In this document: positions 11,583-19,779 of the stretch, one piece after another
Layout of the letters: each line of letters starts with the position of its first letter
How positions within the stretch are numbered: position 1 is the stretch's first letter
Assembly (NCBI GenBank): GCA_004431415.1
Contig: QPMI01000037.1
Location: 1 to 30,756, forward strand
From: Cyanophora paradoxa CCMP329
Taxonomy: Eukaryota; Plantae; Glaucophyta
DNA length: 30,756 nucleotides
Reading direction: 5' to 3'
Notes under the pieces: model-generated
Database searches by the model: none
Told to the model about the DNA's origin: nothing
The model's input: the letters and a program-made list of their open reading frames with translations, nothing else
Translations under genes and position numbers: made by a program

Positions 11583-12118
11583 CTTGCAGCCGCTGCAGTC
11601 GGGGCTGCAGCGGGGGATTACGCGCGGATACTAATTAACTGAAAGCAGTTATAGCTGAACGCAAAAAAGGCATTTACCGTCGACGCGCTCTTTCGCTTGT
11701 CGAAGTAAGGCGTTATCATCCTGAAGTGATTTCACCTGCTGCTGCAAGCATCGAATCTCCTCCGGATCCCGAAGTTCGGCATTCTGAGAACCGGTACCTG
11801 CGAGCCGGAATTCAACTTATCCGAGGGATAGATAGACTGTCTTTCATCGTGTCACCAGTGTGTTTGTGACAGCCTCCATAGGTTGAAGACCATTCCGACT
11901 GGAGATTTGAGGCACCTTGCGCTGGGACGAATGAAATGGGAGGAAAGGTTTGTTCGAAGCATCCTTTTCTTTTTGCATCGAAGGTGTCAGTGTCGGAGCG
12001 GATGCATCTTTTCCACCGTCGACGCATTCAGACTTGCTCAGCTCCAGAGCAACACGTGCATCCTGCGATTATAATTAACAGCAGAACAGCCGGTTGAAAA
12101 AGCAGAAGTAAAGCAAGC

Positions 12119-12823
12119 TCACCTCTTTATCACAGACGTCGAGGACAAACCTCCTGCTCGTCTCCGGATACTAAACGATAGCGGAAGTTTGCGAGAGCGA
12201 TAGATAGTGATAGCGAAAACTTTGCAGAAGTCAGCTTCAACCCCACCCTTTTTAAAATGACTTTGATAATCCGATGCCTGTTTCCAATTCCCGAAAAGCG
12301 AAGGCCAGCCTCGTCTCGTCCACTTCGGCGCTGTCCAGCCAGTCCCGAAGAATCTGAAATCCTCAGGTTTCTCGAACGCCTTACGCAAAAATTCCGTAGA
12401 AAGATCCTGGATTCCGGATTTGAGACCTTTTTGTCTTCTGTCTTTCTGCAAGGTTCCGTCCAGCTTCGCTGCGGTGGCTAGGTCGTCGATTTCGATCGCC
12501 CGAAGTGACGGCCACTGGATATCAAGAGTTTTACGAATCCTTTCGACGTGCTCCGTGCTGTTACTCCACACCCCGCAGTAGACGATGCTTGGATCAAACA
12601 GAGGCACCAAAGTTGCTCTGTGGTTGTCCGATGCGAGGAAGGTACTGTCAATGCATATCCGGAAATTGGGTGACGCGATTCCAAGGAACGATATTCCCTG
12701 CTCCTTCGGCGAACCGAAAAGCCACTTCGGACGAATGAAGAGCGGAGTGTTCTTCGAATCCAAAAGGAGGGCTCTGAACGTGTTCTCAACCTGTTGCACA
12801 CTCAGCTGCAAGTCCACGTGCAT
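12119..12823 (-). CDS. Putative DEDD/WRN-exo-like 3'-5' exonuclease domain protein (divergent, partial; upstream part probably extends to ~13200)
   Basis: ISFLGIASP, LFDPSIVYCGV, IEIDDLA and GIQDLSTEFLRKAFEKP...W follow the order and spacing of WRN/Mut-7-type exonuclease motifs (LLQLA; L.DP.I.KVGV; DL; SL..L....L...L.K; W). The ExoI and ExoIII acidic residues are not clearly seen. Confidence 0.4.
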   Translation of the reverse strand: MHVDLQLSVQQVENTFRALLLDSKNTPLFIRPKWLFGSPKEQGISFLGIASPNFRICIDSTFLASDNHRATLVPLFDPSIVYCGVWSNSTEHVERIRKTLDIQWPSLRAIEIDDLATAAKLDGTLQKDRRQKGLKSGIQDLSTEFLRKAFEKPEDFRFFGTGWTAPKWTRRGWPSLFGNWKQASDYQSHFKKGGVEADFCKVFAITIYRSRKLPLSFSIRRRAGGLSSTSVIKR

Positions 12824-12959
12824 TCACACAGCACAGGCACGGGCGCACATCTGCAAGTGCGTGGGCTCGAGTGAACAGCCTTTGCGTGTGCATTACTGCG
12901 GGAGCTTCTCGCTTCTCCCAAGTACCCGCTTGAGCTCGGAGTTGCAAGAGGTTTCGGCC

Positions 12960-13183
12960 GAGGTTTCGACCTGCGTGTGCCGCGCTGCGTTCAAATGGTT
13001 GATTCCACGGATCTGCAGGTTTGCCTACCTCTACTTGTGAGAACCGGAGCTTTAAACCCGAGGTGCTCCGCTGCAGGGCGCTCCGGACGAGGTTTTGACC
13101 TGCGTATGCGGCAGTGCGTTCAAATGGTTGATTCCACGGTTCGGGCGGGTTTGCATACCTCTAAATTTGCGTACTGGAGCTTT
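12960..13183. repeat. Imperfect direct repeat, ~94-bp core with 129-bp period
   Basis: GAGGTTT(C/T)GACCTGCGT...TGCGTTCAAATGGTTGATTCCACGG...GGAGCTTT at 12960-13053 and 13089-13183. The minus strand reads PWNQPFER in both copies. Confidence 0.85.
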
Positions 13184-13407
13184 CCTCGCGTCTTCGCTCC
13201 AAGTGTCCCCGGCGACTTTGCCCCGGCGACTTTGCCCGGGGGAACTACTTTGCCGGGGGGTACCCGTCCGACCACTGCACCAGCAAGGCTCCAAAAGCGG
13301 CACCCAGCAGATTGAGTAGATCGAGTCTGGCGCTCATGATTTCATGCCTGCGCATGCCTGCGCGCAGTAGATCACGGTGCGCCTGCGCATTCCTGCGGAT
13401 TTCGAAC

Positions 13408-14039
13408 ATGCAGCGCGGCGACGAAGCAGCAGCAAGCAGCAAGCAGCTCGCTTCCAAAGCTTCACGGAAGTCAGCAGCGACAGAGTCCCGACAGCCGACA
13501 GCAGAGCAGATCGCAGAGTCGGAAGCGCTGATTGCTCTATTCACGCCGCGACCGCGGCTCGAGAACGAGGGCAGCTCTATCGAGGTTCGCGTTCTCGGTG
13601 ACTGCCGGCCTTCCCCGCTACGCGTCACTTCAATGACAGGTCCAACCCGGTTGCATCTTCGCCTCGCAACAGCCCTAATCGCAACAGCGCAGGGCCTGTG
13701 CGAGTCACGATAGATATTTCAAACTTTCGAATGTCGTGGCAGAGAGTTCTTCGGGCCCGTGCGTACATGGACCTGAACTGTCATGCGTACGTAATCGATT
13801 TCCGCACTTTGGATCTGTATCGGTATGACCCAGCTAGCCGGTGCTTCGAGCCGCTGGTGCAAGCGATCTTTGCTTCTTACCTCGATTTCTGATCCGGTAT
13901 TCGCGAATTCACGCGAACATGTGCACAGGCGTCGAGTCCGCTGGGGCCATTCGCGGATGACCTGGTCTACGTGGCGAGGAATTCGGTAATACCGGATGTC
14001 GAGCACGCGCCCTTCCTGGCGACCGTTTCCGGATCCTAG
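13408..14039 (+). CDS. Histone H3-tail-like fusion protein, paralog 3 (spliced)
   Basis: KQLASKASRKSAAT matches H3 residues 18-29 (KQLA(T/S)KAARKSA). It has the shared core and an intron donor after ATGACAG. A 72-nt GTGCAA...GCACAG segment lies at 13857-13928. The gene ends VEHAPFLATVSGS*. Confidence 0.65.
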
Positions 14040-14192
14040 CCAGTGCCAAGGCCCCTAGCGGCCCGACAGCTGCATCTTATTGGAATTCATGGCCGCCGAC
14101 GCCATGCACGATATTTGAACAGGGAATGCTGTACTTCGTTTTGTCAATTCGAATTTTCGTCGCGATTTAATGTATCGGCATTGATTTCGCGA

Positions 14193-14265
14193 AGGTCGCG
14201 AAGCGCTTCATCCACGGACGGATGAAGAGGATCGCGAACGCGGAAACCACCATCACAGAGCTGAA
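14193..14265 (+). repeat. 73-bp duplicate of 15503-15575
   Basis: AGGTCGCGAAGCGCTTCATCC...CACAGAGCTGAA occurs at both sites with one mismatch. Confidence 0.9.
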
Positions 14266-14366
14266 TCGCGAACGAAGTCACGGTCAGTATGCCCAGGGGT
14301 AATCCCACCGGGGGGTAAACATTAAGGCATTGGGGTTAACGTTGCGGCCGCGCATCTCTAGAAGCA

Positions 14367-15006
14367 ATGTCAAGCAAAGCTCCCCGCAAAGTTCTCGGCA
14401 CTAGACCCAGACCAAAGAAAGCACCGCCTACTTCACGATTCGTACCCGATCCAGAGCCAACAGCGGAGCAGGTCGCAGAGTCGGAAGCGCTGATTGCTCT
14501 ATACACGCCGCGACGTTTACCGCGGCTCGAGAACGAGCTCGAGGGCAGCTCTGTCGAGGTGCGCGTTCTCGGGACTGCCGCCCTTCTCGGCCACGCGTCA
14601 CTGAAATGACAGGTGCACATGTGTCCGGTTCATCGTTGCTCTGCCAGTGCGCCCTAATTGCAACCGCGCAGGGCCTGTGCGAATCAAGCTGTATGTTTCA
14701 AAGACGTGGGAGAAAGATCTTCTGGCCCAAGCGTACCGGGAATTGCGCTGCACACCGGTGCCCATTGATCGCCGCGAGCTGTCGCTCTATCGGTACGACC
14801 CAGCTAGCCGGTGCTTCGAGCCGCTGGTGCAAGCGATCTTTGCTTCTTACCTCGATTTCTGATGCGGCATTCCCGAATTCACGCGTGCATGTGCACAGGC
14901 GTCGAGTCCAGGGCCATCCCCGGATGACCTGTTCTACGTGGCAATGAAGGAAATCATCCCGGAAGTCGAGCATGCACCCTTCCTGGCAACCGTTACAGGA
15001 TCCTAG
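14367..15006 (+). CDS. Histone H3-tail-like fusion protein, paralog 4 (truncated tail; spliced)
   Basis: MSSKAPRKVLGT resembles H3 KAPRKQLAT. One G is missing in a G-run at ~14571. A 35-nt intron at 14613-14647 restores the frame (MT|VRPNCNRAGPVRIKL). A 72-nt segment lies at 14827-14898. The gene ends VEHAPFLATVTGS*. Confidence 0.65.
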
Positions 15007-15360
15007 CCAGTGTCAAGGCCCTAGCGGTCCGACAGCTGCATCTTATTCGAATTGCACGCCGGCGCCATGCACGCTAGCGGTGGCCGCCGGCGCCATGCAA
15101 GCTAGCCGAACAGAGATTCTTGTGCACAGAGATTGGTAGCAGTATTGTCTTCTCGAATTCGAATTCAGAGCGCCTTGGGCATGGCTGCCGCGGCCGCGAT
15201 CGCATAAATCGAAGAGTTGGAATTCTCCAGAGAACTATGTATGCGAAAACCATCGAAGAGTTAAAGTTTCCGAATACAATTACGTGCCCCCCCTGCCCGG
15301 CCCCGTTGAGGTTGGTTCCGAGGTTGAGGTGCTCAAGCTTCAGCTGCAGTATACTATTGC

Positions 15361-15780
15361 GTGCTTGTTCAAAGTACATGCAAGATGTCAAAAGTCATGC
15401 AAAATGTGCTTGCGTGCTTGTTCAGTGGCCTGCTTTTCTTTCAGGCGCTTGGAAATGTCCCTAAAGAACTCGAGGTCGCTGTTGCTGAGGCAGAGTCCGC
15501 AGAGGTCGCGAAGCGCTTCATCCACGGACGGATGAAGAGGATCGCAAACGCGGAAACCACCATCACAGAGCTGAAACATGCGCAGCGGGCTCTTCACCAC
15601 TTGAAAACCTTCGAGGGTGACCATACAGATGTCCTCCCAGAGTCCCCCTGTGCTCATGATCACTGGCTCTGTGAAAGCAAAATTTCTCGGGGTAAATTAA
15701 AACAGAAGGCCATGCGCACTGTTCAGGTCCAGATTCCCCTCCCCTCCGACGGCAGAGATTCAATCAGGGTGGTGCAGTAA
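15361..15780 (+). CDS. Hypothetical protein (probable terminal exon beginning after TTTCAG at ~15445)
   Basis: Open frame with helical composition (ELEVAVAEAESAEVAKRF) after a pyrimidine-rich acceptor-like site. No family recognised. Confidence 0.25.
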   Translation: MLVQSTCKMSKVMQNVLACLFSGLLFFQALGNVPKELEVAVAEAESAEVAKRFIHGRMKRIANAETTITELKHAQRALHHLKTFEGDHTDVLPESPCAHDHWLCESKISRGKLKQKAMRTVQVQIPLPSDGRDSIRVVQ

Positions 15781-16170
15781 TTCGTGTCCTCACCTTCTCC
15801 TTCGCGATCGCTGTCCTCGCCCGACTGGGGAGGATGTCGAAGGCCCGCGACTGCCGGTGGAGCTTGGCAATCCGAAGCGCCAAATTAGCGAAGGGCCGAA
15901 CGTCCATAGGGAGTTCGTGCAAAGTGCTGGCACTTTCGATACCCAGGATGATGGCGCATATGCACAGTGGGGATGATGGGTTCTCGACACAGGTACGACA
16001 CGGAACCTCCTTTGGCCGCTCTTCCACTTCTTCGTCGTCGCTGAGAGCTCTTGCGTCGTTCTTGGCGGCTGCAGCCCGCTCCTCAGCCTTCCGCAGACGT
16101 CGATGAATCTCCGCCACCGCTTCCGCTGACGCTTGCTTCTCGAGCTGCCGCCGCGACGCCTCATCTCGCG
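15764..16170 (-). pseudogene. 5'-truncated coding sequence interrupted at the AT-rich junction
   Basis: A coiled-coil-like, then Cys-containing, open frame (SRDEASRRQLEKQ...CRTC...CIC) runs right up to 16170. Its only start codon is supplied by the inverted repeat. Confidence 0.45.
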
Positions 16171-16454
16171 ACACATAGTAAAATGCGGAGTTTTAACCCT
16201 CGGCTTAATCTTAATTGATTTTGTTGATATATCTCGTATATTCTATTTCAATCAATCGATAATCTGTGTATATCTTATCGAATATTCAATTATTTCGATT
16301 ATTTTGTATTCTTTTCGATATTTTATCGTAAATTTCTCTTATTTTCCGATTAGTCTTACTGAGTTAATCGATAATCTGTATATATTTCCGAATAATATAA
16401 CTGAATCTCAATTAGATCTTGCCTCTGGTTAAAACTCCGCATTTTACTATGTGT
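16171..16454. repeat. 284-bp module bounded by perfect 28-bp inverted repeats (MITE-like or viral terminus)
   Basis: ACACATAGTAAAATGCGGAGTTTTAACC at 16171-16198 and its exact reverse complement at 16427-16454. A 20-bp internal direct repeat (16254, 16366) has one mismatch. No target-site duplication. Confidence 0.9.
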
Positions 16455-16708
16455 GATTGGTCTAAAAGTTAATTGATTTAATCGATATTATATTCATGTA
16501 CTTTCTCGATTAAATTTAATTAAATTTAAATTCATTTAATCGGAAATATATCGCTTAACTCGATTAAGATCCATATTAGATTCATTTGTTTAATAAAACA
16601 AATAGATCTCTTATTGAATCCAATCGTAATTATACATGAAACTTATATGATTTTATCATTGTTTTATTGAGTCTAAGGGGGACCCTTAGGAATTTAATGA
16701 ATAATTGG

Positions 16709-16799
16709 GTGTCACAGGTGTCACAGGTCCATCCCATCGAAAGGGAAAATCACTCTTTATAGGGCTTGAGCTGGGATAAACCTGTGACACCTGTGACAC
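16709..16799. promoter_or_regulatory. Inverted pair of doubled 9-mers; putative replication origin or protein-binding site
   Basis: GTGTCACAGGTGTCACAGGT (16709-16728) and its perfect reverse complement (16780-16799) flank a 51-bp spacer. The structure is seen directly; the function is inferred. Confidence 0.6.
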
Positions 16800-17300
16800 A
16801 TACCATATTCAGTAAGGACCTCTTATATTGTGAAAATCTCAGTGTTAGTTGGTGTAGTTGATTCAAAAAATGCATTTTATACTCTGATTCATTGTTATTT
16901 CCTGTGAAATTTGAGTCAACTCAACCCACTTAGTCAACCCTTGCATTGAATTCGTAACAAAATCCATATACTATTACTACTTTTACGATTAATATGAGTC
17001 AACCTTGAGTCCACTTTAATATAAATATTATATAATAGGGGAGTGTTGAGTTTTAGTGTAAGGAAATCGAATAGTATTCGAAATACTTGACATTGCTTAA
17101 TGTAGGGTGCATTCATATTTTGGCTACATCATACAGTAGAATTTCTATCGTAAAGAATGACCGGAATCCGGAAAATAATCATTGTAAAAAGCTATTGTAG
17201 GTAAAGGATATATTATATCCTGTTGTAATAATAATAATAGCTGATCAATGTTATTGTTATAAAACAAAGGAATCCTTTCAAAACTCATTATAGAAACTCA

Positions 17301-17699
17301 TCAAAACGGGAATCTATCATGTTTATGTCTTTCAGTCTTCTCAAATGTGAGGAAATTCATTGTTTTATCGATCTCATCTGCTACTGCTTGTGTTTTATGC
17401 TGAGCTTCTTTACCACAACTGAATATATCAATTGCTAACATGCCTTCATTGGAATAACAATGAGCTGTACAATGGCTTTCATCTAATAGCAGAACCAATG
17501 CAAAACCAGGAGGTGATACTTTGCCATCAAATATTTCACAATGTTTATGAACAATCCTAATACCTTGTCTCAATATAGCTTGTTCAAGGGTTCCCATAAT
17601 CCAATTACCTAGGAAGCTAACATGCTCATGTCCTGTTGCAATAGCTGATTTAGCTTTGTAATCAAGCATAACATGAAAGCCTCTGTATTTAGTCTCCAT
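17301..17699 (-). CDS. speD: S-adenosylmethionine decarboxylase proenzyme (short, bacterial-type pyruvoyl enzyme)
   Basis: G.H...D N-terminal motif (GFHVMLD), F....G, LLLDESHCTAHCY with the E|S autocleavage site, and AIDIFSCG. 132 aa from the ATG at 17699. Confidence 0.88.
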   Translation of the reverse strand: METKYRGFHVMLDYKAKSAIATGHEHVSFLGNWIMGTLEQAILRQGIRIVHKHCEIFDGKVSPPGFALVLLLDESHCTAHCYSNEGMLAIDIFSCGKEAQHKTQAVADEIDKTMNFLTFEKTERHKHDRFPF

Positions 17700-17728
17700 T
17701 AAGAATACCTTAGAAAAATTAATTAAAC

Positions 17729-18001
17729 CTAATCGAACCGAATGCAAACATCCCTATATTCCACTGTGATTGATGAAGTAGCCCTTTTCCTATGTGCTTG
17801 ACTTTTTCTTTTATTACAGTCCCTACACCCTGATCCCTTCACATGATTAAAGGGATAGGTAAGGATCACTTTGTTACACTGCAAACATCTAACAGATACT
17901 TTCTCTTGAGCTTTGATGTAATGTGTCTCACTGTAATCGAATTTATCTTTACCATGGACTGTCATAGCAGCATCAATAAACTTTTTTGTTTTACTATCCA
18001 T
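17729..18001 (-). CDS. Small Zn-ribbon protein (DUF723 / homing-endonuclease-associated repeat type)
   Basis: FI..A..VHG..FDYS...Y.....KV...C..C......P.NH..G.GC..C pattern followed by a basic tail. No nuclease domain. Confidence 0.75.
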   Translation of the reverse strand: MDSKTKKFIDAAMTVHGKDKFDYSETHYIKAQEKVSVRCLQCNKVILTYPFNHVKGSGCRDCNKRKSQAHRKRATSSITVEYRDVCIRFD

Positions 18002-18023
18002 ATTCTATATATAACCAATATTC

Positions 18024-18857
18024 TTATGGAGCAGTATCCTGCCCGAAAATGGGGAAATATCGATTTGTCCCATAGTATTCAGCATAGGTATTTTGCTTTG
18101 CAATAAAATCGGTTCTCTCTGCAAACATCACACATTTGTAGATACCAAACTTGGTGGCTCTCACTAAGAACTGATAGTCTTCCAAACCGAAATTGACTCC
18201 ATGATAAGCAATTCCGAAATTATCATATGGGGTGATCACTACTGCAAAGTTGGGAGTTCCACCTTCAACTTGGCATACAGCATAAACATCTGGTGGGATA
18301 TCAACAACAACCTTATAGTGGTCACCAATCTCAACAAGAGAGTCAACAACTGCTGTTTGTTCATTCACAACAATGGGGAATATCTTGATTATATAGGGGG
18401 CATTCATGCTGGGGACATAGGTTCGAATTCTTGTGTTGGGATCAATGGGATTGGGTTGATCATTCACAAATAGAGGCGCTCCAACAGCCCCACCAACCCT
18501 AAGACCATCACCAATATAAGCTCCCCCCGATTTGCAGTTAATAGCTCCCGACCTAGATTCAAAAGAATAAGTAGAAAGAGGATCTCCATAGCTATCTGGG
18601 TCTCCATAATGAGCAGAAAAGTTTGCATTTGTGACAAGTAGCTTAGTTGTCTTAACTATTCCATTATTTTTATCACATCTGAGTTCCTGTAATCTCAGTT
18701 TATGGGTGGAACCAAAGGTGTTCATTGTAGGTTGGACCTCTGTGGATTGGAGACCTTCCACATCATCAAAGGTAGCATGTTGCAGAACATGGTTTGCTGG
18801 GGCTGCTAATGATAGTTGTGGGGTGATAATTCGTTCAAGTGGGGGTTGCTCAGCCAT
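18024..18857 (-). CDS. Putative virion fibre/spike protein, paralog A
   Basis: Intact 277-aa ORF. SGAINCKSGGAYIGDGLRVGG is a fibre-like Gly motif. The C-terminal beta domain (IPPDVY...VVITPY...F.V...AERTD) resembles phage fibre tip domains. Confidence 0.65.
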   Translation of the reverse strand: MAEQPPLERIITPQLSLAAPANHVLQHATFDDVEGLQSTEVQPTMNTFGSTHKLRLQELRCDKNNGIVKTTKLLVTNANFSAHYGDPDSYGDPLSTYSFESRSGAINCKSGGAYIGDGLRVGGAVGAPLFVNDQPNPIDPNTRIRTYVPSMNAPYIIKIFPIVVNEQTAVVDSLVEIGDHYKVVVDIPPDVYAVCQVEGGTPNFAVVITPYDNFGIAYHGVNFGLEDYQFLVRATKFGIYKCVMFAERTDFIAKQNTYAEYYGTNRYFPIFGQDTAP

Positions 18858-18880
18858 TTTACATTAAAGGGATATATCTT

Positions 18881-19726
18881 TTATGGGGTTGGGTCATCAA
18901 TAATATCTGGCTCCATGTAAAACCCTGTAACTGAAAGAGTATCAGGAGTTACACCTCTAAGAGCTGATACAGCGGCTATATCTGTTCTCAAACCGATAAG
19001 AGTTATAGTATATAACCCAATATCTGTAACAAACAAGTCAAAGGTGAAATTATTATTATAAACACAGTAGCCATAACCGAAATGATTATATCCCTGAACA
19101 TTGAAATAGTATTTATGACCTACTTGATTGTTGTTGGCTCTACAAAGGGAAAGCATTGCAGATGGAATCGCAAGACCTCTCAGTACTCTTTTGGTTCCTT
19201 CAATTAATTCCGAGTTTTCAAGAGTAACAGTATATCCAATGTAAAATTGAATTAATGGCTGCTGTGCAACAGGAGTATATAATCGAATTCGTTGGGGGTC
19301 TTCAACATTCTGTTCAAGAGTATCTGGGACATCATTATACGAAATTGAGGATGAAAGCTGACCTGAAACTCTGCAACCTCCACCAATAAAAGCTCCTCCT
19401 GATCTCACAGTAACAGCAGCAGAATTCTTATCGAAATCAAGGGCTTTCAGATCAACACTGTAAGCATCTGGACCTCCATTAGTAGGTTGGAAGAAGTTTG
19501 CATTTGTGACAAGAAGTCGAGTTGTTTTCACCACACCTGAATTCTTATCAGCTCTCAGCTCTTTAACTCGAATAATCGAATTTTTATCAAAGGAGTTACC
19601 ATTGGAGTTGGGTCTCTCTGTGGATTCTAAACCACGAACCTCATCATTTACTTCATGCTGGCGAAAATGCATTGCAGGGGATCCAAGGGAATATATAGGC
19701 AGTTGAACTCGATTATATTCACCCAT
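18881..19726 (-). CDS. Putative virion fibre/spike protein, paralog B
   Basis: Shares ELR.DKN.G.VKTT.LLVTNANF, SGGA.IG.G.RV.G, RIR.Y.P and RTD with 18024-18857. The ATG at 19726 is preceded by AGTAAAAG. Confidence 0.65.
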   Translation of the reverse strand: MGEYNRVQLPIYSLGSPAMHFRQHEVNDEVRGLESTERPNSNGNSFDKNSIIRVKELRADKNSGVVKTTRLLVTNANFFQPTNGGPDAYSVDLKALDFDKNSAAVTVRSGGAFIGGGCRVSGQLSSSISYNDVPDTLEQNVEDPQRIRLYTPVAQQPLIQFYIGYTVTLENSELIEGTKRVLRGLAIPSAMLSLCRANNNQVGHKYYFNVQGYNHFGYGYCVYNNNFTFDLFVTDIGLYTITLIGLRTDIAAVSALRGVTPDTLSVTGFYMEPDIIDDPTP

Positions 19727-19779
19727 TGCTTCTTTTACTAAGAAGTAAAGAAAAATAAACTGCAATCAAGCCAAAGTGA

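Noticed and set aside
7570-15006. Bona fide histone H3 or CENP-A genes
   Set aside because: No histone-fold sequence (e.g. YRPG, EIR.YQ, LFED) follows the tails.
16934-17116. 60-aa ORF starting MNAPYI, the same hexapeptide as in 18024-18857
   Set aside because: No further similarity, and it overlaps the repeat-rich non-coding region.
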